Source of the DNA: Eledone cirrhosa
Lineage: Eukaryota
Direction of reading: 5' to 3'
NCBI GenBank assembly: GCA_964016885.1
Contig: OZ024764.1
Location: forward strand, 18,538,001-18,602,000
DNA: 64,000 nt
The translations under genes and the position numbers were made by a program. The notes beneath the pieces are model-generated. The model searched no databases. It had not been told where the DNA came from and saw nothing but the letters and a program-made list of their open reading frames with translations. Shown here in pieces: positions 13,301 to 26,200 of the stretch (position 1 is its first letter; each line of letters starts with the position of its first letter).

Positions 13301-13780
13301 GTGGTCATGTAGGTGTCACAACAAAAAGTACCCAGTCCACACTGTAAAGTGGTCATGTAGGTGTCACAACAAAAAGTACCCAGTCCACACTGTAAAGTGG
13401 TCATGTAGGTGTCACAACAAAAAGTACCCAGTCCACACTGTAAAGTGGTCATGTAGGTGTCACAACAAAAAGTACCCAGTCCACACTGTAAAGTGGTCAT
13501 GTAGGTGTCACAACAAAATATACCCAGTCCACACTGTAAAGTGGTCATGTAGGTATCATGACAAAAAGTACCCAGTCCACACTGTAAAGTGGTCATGTAG
13601 GTGTCACAACAAACAACACCCAGTCCACACTGTAAAGTGGTCATGTAGGTGTCACAACAAAAAACACCCAGTCCACACTGTAAAGTGGTCATGTAGGTGT
13701 CACGACAAAAAGTATCCAGTCCACCTCTGTAAAGTGGTCATGTAGGTTTCACAACAAAAAGTACCCAGTCCACACTGTAA
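4270..13780. repeat. Tandem duplication of a ~100-monomer block, offset 4,801 bp (~4270-9070 and ~9070-13780)
   Basis: ORF pairs 4376/9177, 5085/9886, 5632/10433, 6383/11184, 7362/12163 and 8304/13105 all differ by 4801. Private indels are shared (TACTCACCACAC at ~4927/~9728, CACAAAAAAAGTA at ~4388/~9189). The second copy lacks two monomers near its end (9040 vs 13745 = 4705). Confidence 0.9.
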
Positions 13781-14349
13781 AGTGCTTATGTAGGTGTCAT
13801 AACCAAAAGTACCCAGTCCACACTGTAAAGTGGTCATGTAGGTGTCACAACAAAAAGTACCCAGTCCACACTGTCAAGTGGTCATGTAGGTGTCACAACA
13901 AAAAGTACCTAGTCCACACTGTAAAGTGGTCATGTAGCTGTCACAACAAAAAGTACCCAGTCCACACTGTAATGTGGTCATGCAGGTTTCACAACAAAAA
14001 GTACCCAGTCCACACTGTAATGTGGTCATATAGGTGTCACAACAAAAAGTACCCAGTCCACACTGTAAAGTGGTCATGTAGGTGTCACAACAAAAAGTAC
14101 CCAGTCCACACTGTAAAGTGGACATGTAGGTGTCATGACAAAAAGTACCCAGTCCACACTGTAAAGTGGTCATGTAGGTGTCACAACAAAAAGTACCCAG
14201 TCCACACTGTAAAGTGGTCATGTAGGTGTCACAACAAAAAGTACCCAGTCCACACTGTAAAGTGGTCATGTAGGTGTCACAACAAAAAGTACCCAGTCCA
14301 CACTGTAAAGTGGTCATGTAGGTGTCACAACAAAAAGTACCCAGTCCAC

Positions 14350-17290
14350 ACTGTAAAGTGGTCAGGTAGTTATCATGACAAAAGGTACCCAGTCCACACT
14401 GTAAAGTGGTCATGTAGGTATCATGACAAAAAGTACCCAGTCCACACTGTAAAGTGGTCATGTAGGTGTCACAACAAACAACACCCAGTCCACACTGTAA
14501 AGTGGTCATGTAGGTGTCACAACAAAAAACACCCAGTCCACACTGTAAAGTGGTCATGTAGGTGTCACGACAAAAAGTATCCAGTCCACCTCTGTAAAGT
14601 GGTCATGTAGGTTTCACAACAAAAAGTACCCAGTCCACACTGTAAAGTGGTCATGTAGGTGTCACAACAAAATATACCCAGTCCACACTGTAAAGTGGTC
14701 ATGTAGGTGTCATAACAAAAAGTACCCAGTCCACACTGTAAAGTGCTTATGTAGGTGTCATAACCAAAAGTACCCAGTCCACACTGTAAAGTGGTCATGT
14801 AGGTGTCACAACAAAAAGTACCCAGTCCACACTGTCAAGTGGTCATGTAGGTGTCACAACAAAAAGTACCTAGTCCACACTGTAAAGTGGTCATGTAGCT
14901 GTCACAACAAAAAGTACCCAGTCCACACTGTAATGTGGTCATGCAGGTTTCACAACAAAAAGTACCCAGTCCACACTGTAATGTGGTCATATAGGTGTCA
15001 CAACAAAAAGTACCCAGTCCACACTGTAAAGTGGTCATGTAGGTGTCACAACAAAAAGTACCCAGTCCACACTGTAAAGTGGACATGTAGGTGTCATGAC
15101 AAAAAGTACCCAGTCCACACTGTAAAGTGGCCATGTAGGTGTCACAACAAAAAGTACCCAGTCCACACTGTAAAGTGGTCATGTAGGTGTCACAACAAAA
15201 AGTACCCAGTCCACACTGTAAAGTGGTCATGTAGGTGTCACAACAAAAAGTACCCAGTCCACACTGTAAAGTGGTCATGTAGGTGTCACAACAAAAAGTA
15301 CCCAGTCCACACTGTAAAGTGGTCATGTAGGTGTCACAACAAAATATACCCAGTCCACACTGTAAAGTGGTCATGTAGGTGTCACAACAAAAAGTACCCA
15401 GTCCACACTGTAAAGTGGTCATGTAGGTGTCACAACAAAAAGTTCCCAGTCCACACTGTAAAGTGGTCACGTAGGTGTCACAACAAAAAGTACCCAGTCC
15501 ACACTGTAAAGTGGTCATGTAGGTGTAATAACAAAAAGTACCCAGTCCACACTGTAAAGTGGTCAGGTAGGTGTCACAACAAAAAGTACCCAGTCCACAC
15601 TGTAAAGTGGTCATGTAGGTGTCACAACAAAAAGTACCCAGTCCACACTGTAAAGTGGTCAGGTAGTTATCATCACAAAAGGTACCCAGTCCACACTGTA
15701 AAGTGGTCATGTAGGTATCATGACAAAAAGTACCCAGTCCACACTGTAAAGTGGTCATGTAGGTGTCACAACAAACAACACCCAGTCCACACTGTGAAGT
15801 GGTCATGTAGGTGTCACGAGAAAAGGTACCCAGTCCACCTCTGTAAAGTGGTCATGTAGGTTTCACAACAAAAAGTACCCAGTCCACACTGTAATGTGGT
15901 CATGTAGGTGTCACAACAAACAGCACCCAGTCCACACTGTAAAGTGGTCATGTAGGTATCATGACAAAAAGTACCCAGTCCACCCTGTAAAGTGGTCATG
16001 TAGGTGTCACGACAAAAAGTACCCAGTCCACACTGTAAAGTGGTCATGTAGGTGTCACAACAAAAAGCACCCAGTCTACCCTGTAAAGTGGTCATGTAGG
16101 TGTCACGACAAAAAGTATCCAGTCCACACTGTAAAGTGGTCATGTAGGTGTCACGACAAAAAGTACCCAGTCCACACTGTAAAGTGGTCATGTAGGTGTC
16201 ACGACAAAAAGTACCCAGTCCACACTGTAAAGTGGTCATGTAGGTGTCACAACAAACAGCACCCATTCCACACTGTAAAGTGGTCATGTAGGTGTCAAAA
16301 CAAAAAGTAACTAGTCCACACTGTAAAGTGGTCATGTAGGTGTCACAACAAAAAGTACCCAGTCCACACTGTAATGTGGTCATGTAGGTGTCACAACAAA
16401 AAGTACACAGTCCACCCTGTAAAGTGGTCATATAGGTGTCACAACAAAAAGTACCCAATCCACCCTGTAAAGTGGTCATGTATGTGTCACAACAAAAAGT
16501 ACCCAGTCCACACTGTAAAGTGGTCATGTAGGTGTCACAACAAAAAGTACCCAGTCCACACTGTAATGTGGTCATGTAGGTGTCACAACAAAAAGTACTC
16601 AGTCCACACTGTAAAGTGGTCATGTAGGTGTCATAACAAAAAGTACCCAGTCCACACTGTAAAGTGCTTATGTAGGTGTCATAACCAAAAGTACCCAGTC
16701 CACACTGTAAAGTGGTCATGTAGGTGTCACAACAAAAAGTACCCAGTCCACACTGTCAAGTGGTCATGTAGGTGTCACAACAAAAAGTACCTAGTCCACA
16801 CTGTAAAGTGGTCATGTAGCTGTCACAACAAAAAGTACCCAGTCCACACTGTAATGTGGTCATGCAGGTTTCACAACAAAAAGTACCCAGTCCACACTGT
16901 AATGTGGTCATATAGGTGTCACAACAAAAAGTACCCAGTCCACACTGTAAAGTGGTCATGTAGGTGTCACAACAAAAAGTACCCAGTCCACACTGTAAAG
17001 TGGACATGTAGGTGTCATGACAAAAAGTACCCAGTCCACACTGTAAAGTGGTCATGTAGGTGTCACAACAAAAAGTACCCAGTCCACACTGTAAAGTGGT
17101 CATGTAGGTGTCACAACAAAAAGTACCCAGTCCACACTGTAAAGTGGTCATGTAGGTGTCACAACAAAAAGTACCCAGTCCACACTGTAAAGTGGTCATG
17201 TAGGTGTCACAACAAAAAGTACCCAGTCCACACTGTAAAGTGGTCATGTAGGTGTCACAACAAAATATACCCAGTCCACACTGTAAAGTG
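14350..17290. repeat. Third partial copy of the left-domain block (offset 3,651 bp from ~10700-13500)
   Basis: ORF pairs 10914/14565, 11184/14835, 12163/15814, 12723/16374 and 13105/16756. Shared rare variants: AAGTTCCC, CTGTGAAG, CACGAGAA, AAAAGCAC. Confidence 0.8.
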
Positions 17291-20200
17291 GTCATGTAGG
17301 TGTCACAACAAAAGGGAACCCAGTCCACACTGTAAAGTGGTCATGTAGGTGTCACAACAAAAAGTACCCAGTCCACACTGTAAAGTGGTCACGTAGGTGT
17401 CACAACAAAAAGTACCCAGTCCACACTGTAAAGTGGTCATGTAGGTGTAATAACAAAAAGTACCCAGTCCACACTGTAAAGTGGTCAGGTAGGTGTCACA
17501 ACAAAAAGTACCCAGTCCACACTGTAAAGTGGTCATGTAGGTGTCACAACAAAAAGTACCCAGTCCACACTGTAAAGTGGTCAGGTAGTTATCATGACAA
17601 AAGGTACCCAGTCCACACTGTAAAGTGGTCATGTAGGTATCATGACAAAAAGTACCCAGTCCACACTGTAAAGTGGTCATGTAGGTGTCACAACAAACAA
17701 CACCCAGTCCACACTGTAAAGTGGTCATGTAGGTGTCACAACAAACAACACCCAGTCCACACTGTAAAGTGGTCATGTAGGTGTCACGACAAAAAGTACC
17801 CAGTCCACCTCTGTAAAGTGGTCATGTAGGTTTCACAACAAAAAGTACCCAGTCCACACTGTAATGTGGTCATGTAGGTGTCACAACAAACAGCACCCAG
17901 TCCACACTGTAAAGTGGTCATGTAGGTATCATGACAAAAAGTACCCAGTCCACCCTGTAAAGTGGTCATGTAGGTGTCATAACCAAAAGTACCCAGTCCA
18001 CACTGTAAAGTGGTCATGTATGTGTCACAACAAAAAGTACCCAGTCCACACTGTAAAGTGGTCATGTAGGTGTCACAACAAAAAGTACCCAGTCCACACT
18101 GTAATGTGGTCATGTAGGTGTCACAACAAAAAGTACTCAGTCCACACTGTAAAGTGGTCATGTAGGTGTCATAACAAAAAGTACCCAGTCCACACTGTAA
18201 AGTGCTTATGTAGGTGTCATAACCAAAAGTACCCAGTCCACACTGTAAAGTGGTCATGTAGGTGTCACAACAAAAAGTACCCAGTCCACACTGTCAAGTG
18301 GTCATGTAGGTGTCACAACAAAAAGTACCTAGTCCACACTGTAAAGTGGTCATGTAGCTGTCACAATAAAAAGTACCCAGTCCACACTGTAATGTGGTCA
18401 TGCAGGTTTCACAACAAAAAGTACCCAGTCCACACTGTAATGTGGTCATATAGGTGTCACAACAAAAAGTACCCAGTCCACACTGTAAAGTGGTCATGTA
18501 GGTGTCACAACAAAAAGTACCCAGTCCACACTGTAAAGTGGACATGTAGGTGTCATGACAAAAAGTACCCAGTCCACACTGTAAAGTGGTCATGTAGGTG
18601 TCACAACAAAAAGTACCCAGTCCACACTGTAAAGTGGTCATGTAGGTGTCACAACAAAAAGTACCCAGTCCACACTGTAAAGTGGTCATGTAGGTGTCAC
18701 AACAAAAAGTACCCAGTCCACACTGTAAAGTGGTCATGTAGGTGTCACAACAAAAAGTACCCAGTCCACACTGTAAAGTGGTCATGTAGGTGTCACAACA
18801 AAATATACCCAGTCCACACTGTAAAGTGGTCATGTAGGTGTCACAACAAAAAGTACCCAGTCCACACTGTAAAGTGGTCATGTAGGTGTCACAACAAAAA
18901 GTACCCAGTCCACACTGTAAAGTGGTCACGTAGGTGTCACAACAAAAAGTACCCAGTCCACACTGTAAAGTGGTCATGTAGGTGTAATAACAAAAAGTAC
19001 CCAGTCCACACTGTAAAGTGGTCAGGTAGGTGTCACAACAAAAAGTACCCAGTCCACACTGTAAAGTGGTCATGTAGGTGTCACAACAAAAAGTACCCAG
19101 TCCACACTGTAAAGTGGTCAGGTAGTTATCATCACAAAAGGTACCCAGTCCACACTGTAAAGTGGTCATGTAGGTATCATGACAAAAAGTACCCAGTCCA
19201 CACTGTAAAGTGGTCATGTAGGTGTCACAACAAACAACACCCAGTCCACACTGTAAAGTGGTCATGTAGGTGTCACGACAAAAGGTACCCAGTCCACCTC
19301 TGTAAAGTGGTCATGTAGGTTTCACAACAAAAAGTACCCAGTCCACACTGTAATGTGGTCATGTAGGTGTCACAACAAACAGCACCCAGTCCACACTGTA
19401 AAGTGGTCATGTAGGTATCATGACAAAAAGTACCCAGTCCACCCTGTAAAGTGGTCATGTAGGTGTCACGACAAAAAGTACCCAGTCCACACTGTAAAGT
19501 GGTCATGTAGGTGTCACAACAAAAAGTACCCAGTCTACCCTGTAAAGTGGTCATGTAGGTGTCATGACAAAAAGTATCCAGTCCACACTGTAAAGTGGTC
19601 ATGTAGGTGTCACGACAAAAAGTACCCAGTCCACACTGTAAAGTGGTCATGTAGGTGTCACGACAAAAAGTACCCAGTCCACACTGTAAAGTGGTCATGT
19701 AGGTGTCACAACAAACAGCACCCATTCCACACTGTAAAGTGGTCATGTAGGTGTCAAAACAAAAAGTAACTAGTCCACACTGTAAAGTGGTCATGTAGGT
19801 GTCACAACAAAAAGTACCCAGTCCACACTGTAATGTGGTCATGTAGGTGTCACAAGAAAAAGTACTCAGTCCACACTGTAAAGTGGTCATGTAGGTGTCA
19901 TAACAAAAAGTGCCCAGTCCACACTGTAAAGTGGTTATGTAGGTGTCATAACCAAAAGTACCCAGTCTACACTGTAAAGTGGTCATGTAGGTGTCACAAC
20001 AAAAAGTACCCAGTCCACACTGTCAAGTGGTCATGTAGGTGTCACAACAAAAAGTACCTAGTCCACACTGTAAAGTGGTCATGTAGCTGTCACAACAAAA
20101 AGTACCCAGTCCACACTGTAATGTGGTCATGCAGGTTTCACAACAAAAAGTACCCAGTCCACACTGTAATGTGGTCATATAGGTGTCACAACAAAAAGTA

Positions 20201-23200
20201 CCCAGTCCACACTGTAAAGTGGTCATGTAGGTGTCACAACAAAAAGTACCCAGTCCACACTGTAAAGTGGACATGTAGGTGTCATGACAAAAAGTACCCA
20301 GTCCACACTGTAAAGTGGTCATGTAGGTGTCACAACAAAATATACCCAGTCCACACTGTAAAGTGGTCATGTAGGTGTCACAACAAAAAGTACCCAGTCC
20401 ACACTGTAAAGTGGTCATGTAGGTGTCACGACAAAAAGTACCCAGTCCACACTGTAAAGTGGTCATGTAGGTTTCACAACAAACAGCACCCATTCCACAC
20501 TGTAAAGTGGTCATGTAGGTGTCAAAACAAAAAGTAACTAGTCCACACTGTAAAGTGGTCATGTAGGTGTCACAACAAAAAGTACCCAGTCCACACTGTA
20601 ATGTGGTCATGTAGGTGTCACAACAAAAAGTACACAGTCCACCCTGTAAAGTGGTCATATAGGTGTCACAACAAAAAGTACCCAATCCACCCTGTAAAGT
20701 GGTCATGTATGTGTCACAACAAAAAGTACCCAGTCCACACTGTAAAGTGGTCATGTAGGTGTCACAACAAAAAGTACCCAGTCCACACTGTAATGTGGTC
20801 ATGTAGGTGTCACAATAAAAAGTACTCAGTCCACACTGTAAAGTGGTCATGTAGGTGTCATAACAAAAAGTACCCAGTCCACACTGTAAAGTGCTTATGT
20901 AGGTGTCATAACCAAAAGTACCCAGTCCACACTGTAAAGTGGTCATGTAGGTGTCACAACAAAAAGTACCCAGTCCACACTGTCAAGTGGTCATGTAGGT
21001 GTCACAACAAAAAGTACCTAGTCCACACTGTAAAGTGGTCATGTAGCTGTCACAACAAAAAGTACCCAGTCCACACTGTAATGTGGTCATGCAGGTTTCA
21101 CAACAAAAAGTACCCAGTCCACACTGTAATGTGGTCATATAGGTGTCACAACAAAAAGTACCCAGTCCACACTGTAAAGTGGTCATGTAGGTGTCACAAC
21201 AAAAAGTACCCAGTCCACACTGTAAAGTGGTCATGTAGGTGTCACAACAAAAAGTACCCAGTCCACACTGTAAAGTGGTCATGTAGGTGTCACAACAAAA
21301 AGTACCCAGTCCACACTGTAAAGTGGTCATGTAGGTGTCACAACAAAAAGTACCCAGTCCACACTGTAAAGTGGTCATGTAGGTGTCACAACAAAATATA
21401 CCCAGTCCACACTGTAAAGTGGTCATGTAGGTGTCACAACAAAAGGGAACCCAGTCCACACTGTAAAGTGGTCATGTAGGTGTCACAACAAAAAGTACCC
21501 AGTCCACACTGTAAAGTGGTCACGTAGGTGTCACAACAAAAAGTACCCAGTCCACACTGTAAAGTGGTCATGTAGGTGTAATAACAAAAAGTACCCAGTC
21601 CACACTGTAAAGTGCTCAGGTAGGTGTCACAACAAAAAGTACCCAGTCCACACTGTAAAGTGGTCATGTAGGTGTCACAACAAAAAGTACCCAGTCCACA
21701 CTGTAAAGTGGTCAGGTAGTTATCATGACAAAAGGTACCCAGTCCACACTGTAAAGTGGTCATGTAGGTATCATGACAAAAAGTACCCAGTCCACACTGT
21801 AAAGTGGTCATGTAGGTGTCACAACAAACAACACCCAGTCCACACTGTAAAGTGGTCATGTAGGTGTCACAACAAACAACACCCAGTCCACACTGTAAAG
21901 TGGTCATGTAGGTGTCACGACAAAAAGTACCCAGTCCACCTCTGTAAAGTGGTCATGTAGGTTTCACAACAAAAAGTACCCAGTCCACACTGTAATGTGG
22001 TCATGTAGGTGTCACAACAAACAGCACCCAGTCCACACTGTAAAGTGGTCATGTAGGTATCATGACAAAAAGTACCCAGTCCACCCTGTAAAGTGGTCAT
22101 GTAGGTGTCACAACAAAAAGTACCCAGTCCACACTGTAAAGTGGTCATGTAGGTGTCACAACAAAAAGTACCCAGTCCACACTGTAATGTGGTCATGTAG
22201 GTGTCACAACAAAAAGTACTCAGTCCACACTGTAAAGTGGTCATGTAGGTGTCATAACAAAAAGTACCCAGTCCACACTGTAAAGTGCTTATGTAGGTGT
22301 CATAACCAAAAGTACCCAGTCCACACTGTAAAGTGGTCATGTAGGTGTCACAACAAAAAGTACCCAGTCCACACTGTCAAGTGGTCATGTAGGTGTCACA
22401 ACAAAAAGTACCTAGTCCACACTGTAAAGTGGTCATGTAGCTGTCACAATAAAATGTACCCAGTCCACACTGTAATGTGATCATGCAGGTTTCACAACAA
22501 AAAGTACCCAGTCCACACTGTAATGTGGTCATATAGGTGTCACAACAAAAAGTACCCAGTCCACACTGTAAAGTGGTCATGTAGGTGTCACAACAAAAAG
22601 TACCCAGTCCACACTGTAAAGTGGACATGTAGGTGTCATGACAAAAAGTACCCAGTCCACACTGTAAAGTGGTCATGTAGGTGTCACAACAAAAAGTACC
22701 CAGTCCACACTGTAAAGTGGTCATGTAGGTGTCACAACAAAAAGTACCCAGTCCACACTGTAAAGTGGTCATGTAGGTGTCACAACAAAAAGTACCCAGT
22801 CCACACTGTAAAGTGGTCATGTAGGTGTCACAACAAAAAGTACCCAGTCCACACTGTAAAGTGGTCATGTAGGTGTCACAACAAAATATACCCAGTCCAC
22901 ACTGTAAAGTGGTCATGTAGGTGTCACAACAAAAAGTACCCAGTCCACACTGTAAAGTGGTCATGTAGGTGTCACAACAAAAAGTACCCAGTCCACACTG
23001 TAAAGTGGTCACGTAGGTGTCACAACAAAAAGTACCCAGTCCACACTGTAAAGTGGTCATGTAGGTGTAATAACAAAAAGTACCCAGTCCACACTGTAAA
23101 GTGGTCAGGTAGGTGTCACAACAAAAAGTACCCAGTCCACACTGTAAAGTGGTCATGTAGGTGTCACAACAAAAAGTACCCAGTCCACACTGTAAAGTGG

Positions 23201-26200
23201 TCATGTAGGTATCATGACAAAAAGTACCCAGTCCACACTGTAAAGTGGTCATGTAGGTGTCACAACAAACAACACCCAGTCCACACTGTAAAGTGGTCAT
23301 GTAGGTGTCACGACAAAAGGTACCCAGTCCACCTCTGTAAAGTGGTCATGTAGGTTTCACAACAAAAAGTACCCAGTCCACACTGTAATGTGGTCATGTA
23401 GGTGTCACAACAAACAGCACCCAGTCCACCCTGTAAAGTGGTCATGTAGGTGTCACGACAAAAAGTACCCAGTCCACACTGTAAAGTGGTCATGTAGGTG
23501 TCACAACAAACAGCACCCATTCCACACTGTAAAGTGGTCATGTAGGTGTCAAAACAAAAAGTAACTAGTCCACACTGTAAAGTGGTCATGTAGGTGTCAC
23601 AACAAAAAGTACCCAGTCCACACTGTAATGTGGTCATGTAGGTGTCACAAGAAAAAGTACTCAGTCCACACTGTAAAGTGGTCATGTAGGTGTCATAACA
23701 AAAAGTGCCCAGTCCACACTGTAAAGTGGTTATGTAGGTGTCATAAACCAAAAGTACCCAGTCTACACTGTAAAGTGGTCATGTAGGTGTCACAACAAAA
23801 AGTACCCAGTCCACACTGTCAAGTGGTCATGTAGGTGTCACAACAAAAAGTACCTAGTCCACACTGTAAAGTGGTCATGTAGCTGTCACAACAAAAAGTA
23901 CCCAGTCCACACTGTAATGTGGTCATGCAGGTTTCACAACAAAAAGTACCCAGTCCACACTGTAATGTGGTCATATAGGTGTCACAACAAAAAGTACCCA
24001 GTCCACACTGTAAAGTGGTCATGTAGGTGTCACAACAAAAAGTACCCAGTCCACACTGTAAAGTGGACATGTAGGTGTCATGACAAAAAGTACCCACTCC
24101 ACATTGTAAAGTGGTCATGTAGGTGTCACAACAAAAAGTACCCAGTCCACACTGTAAAGTGGTCATGTAGGTGTCACAACAAAATATACCCAGTCCACAC
24201 TGTAAAGTGGTCATGTAGGTGTCACAACAAAAAGTACACAGTCCACACTGTAAAGTGGTCATGTAGGTGTCACGACAAAAAGTACCCAGTCCACCCTGTA
24301 AAGTGGTCATATAGGTGTCACAACAAAAAGTACCCAGTCCACACTGTAAAGTTGTAAAGTGGTCATGTAGGTGTCACAACAAAAAGTACCCAGTCCACAC
24401 TGTAATGTGGTCATGCAGGTTTCACACCAAAAAGTACCCAGTCCACACTGTAATGTGGTCATATAGGTGTCACAACAAAAAGTACCCAGTCCACACTGTA
24501 AAGTGGTCATGTAGGTGTCACAACAAAAAGTACCCAGTCCACACTGTAAAGTGGACATGTAGGTGTCATGACAAAAAGTACCCAGTCCACACTGTAAAGT
24601 GGTCATGTAGGTGTCACAACAAAAAGTAACCAGTCCACACTGTAAAGTGGTCATGTAGGTGTCACAACAAAAAGTACCCAGTCCACACTGTAAAGTGGTC
24701 ATGTAGGTGTCACAATAAAAAGTACCCAGTCCACACTGTAAAGTGGTCATGTAGGTGTCACGACAAAAAGTACCCAGTCCACACTGTAAAGTGGTCATAT
24801 ATGTGTCACAACAAACAGCACCCAGTCCACACTGTAAAGTGGTCATGTAGGTGTCACAACAAAAAGTACCTAGTCCACACTGTAAAGTGGTCATGTAGGT
24901 GTCACAACAAAAAGTACCCAGTCCACACTGTAATGTGGTCATGTAGGTGTCACAAGAAAAAGTACTCAGTCCACACTGTAAAGTGGTCATGTAGGTGTCA
25001 TAACAAAAAGTGCCCAGTCCACACTGTAAAGTGGTTATGTAGGTGTCATAACCAAAAGTACCCAGTCTACACTGTAAAGTGGTCATGTAGGTGTCACAAC
25101 AAAAAGTACCCAGTCCACACTGTCAAGTGGTCATGTAGGTGTCACAACAAAAAGTACCTAGTCCACACTGTAAAGTGGTCATGTAGCTGTCACAACAAAA
25201 AGTACCCAGTCCACACTGTAATGTGGTCATGCAGGTTTCACAACAAAAAGTACCCAGTCCACACTGTAATGTGGTCATATAGGTGTCACAACAAAAAGTA
25301 CCCAGTCCACACTGTAAAGTGGTCATGTAGGTGTCACAACAAAATGTACCCAGTCCACACTGTAAAGTGGACATGTAGGTGTCATGACAAAAAGTACCCA
25401 GTCCACATTGTAAAGTGGTCATGTAGGTGTCACAACAAAAAGTACCCAGTCCACACTGTAAAGTGGTCATGTAGGTGTCACAACAAAAAGTACACAGACC
25501 ACACTGTAAAGTAGTCATGTAGGTGTCACAACAAAAAGTACCCAGTCCACACTGTAAAGTGGTCATGTAGGTGTCACAACAAAATATACCCAGTCCACAC
25601 TGTAAAGTGGTCATGTAGGTGTCACAACAAAAAGTACCCAGTCCACACTGTAAAGTGGTCATGTAGGTGTCACAACAAAAAGTACCCAGTCCACCCTGTA
25701 AAGTGGTCATATAGGTGTCACAACAAAAAGTACCCAGTCCACCCTGTAAAGTGGTCATATAGGTGTCACAACAAAAAGTACCCAGTCCACACTGTAAAGT
25801 GGTCATGTAGGTATCATGACAAAAAGTACCCAGTCCACCCTGTAAAGTGGTCATGCAGGTTTCACACCAAAAAGTACCCAGTCCACACTGTAATGTGGTC
25901 ATATAGGTGTCACAACAAAAAGTACACAGTCCACACTGTAAAGTGGTCATGTAGGTGTCACAACAAAAAGTAACCAGTCCACACTGTAAAGTGGTCATGT
26001 AGGTATCATGACAAAAAGTACCCAGTCCACCCTGTAAAGTGGTCATGTAGGTGTCACGACAAAAAGTACCCAGTCCACACTGTAAAGTGGTCATGTAGGT
26101 GTCACAACAAAAAGTACCCAGTCTACCCTGTAAAGTGGTCATGTAGGTGTCACGACAAAAAGTATCCAGTCCACACTGTAAAGTGGTCGTGTAGGTGTCA

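Larger units (their letters stand above)
1..23400. repeat. Left array sub-domain (variant family L) with long, variable higher-order units of roughly 16-55 monomers
   Basis: Variants seen only here: +1 CCACCTCTG (1567, 3927, 6134, 7383, 9016, 10935, 12184, 13721, 14586, 15835, 17805, 19294, 21936, 23329), GTGCTTATG, TCAGGTAG, AAACAACAC, GTCACGTAG, and +1 AAAGGGAACCC (~5641, ~10442, ~17312, ~21443). Confidence 0.85.
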
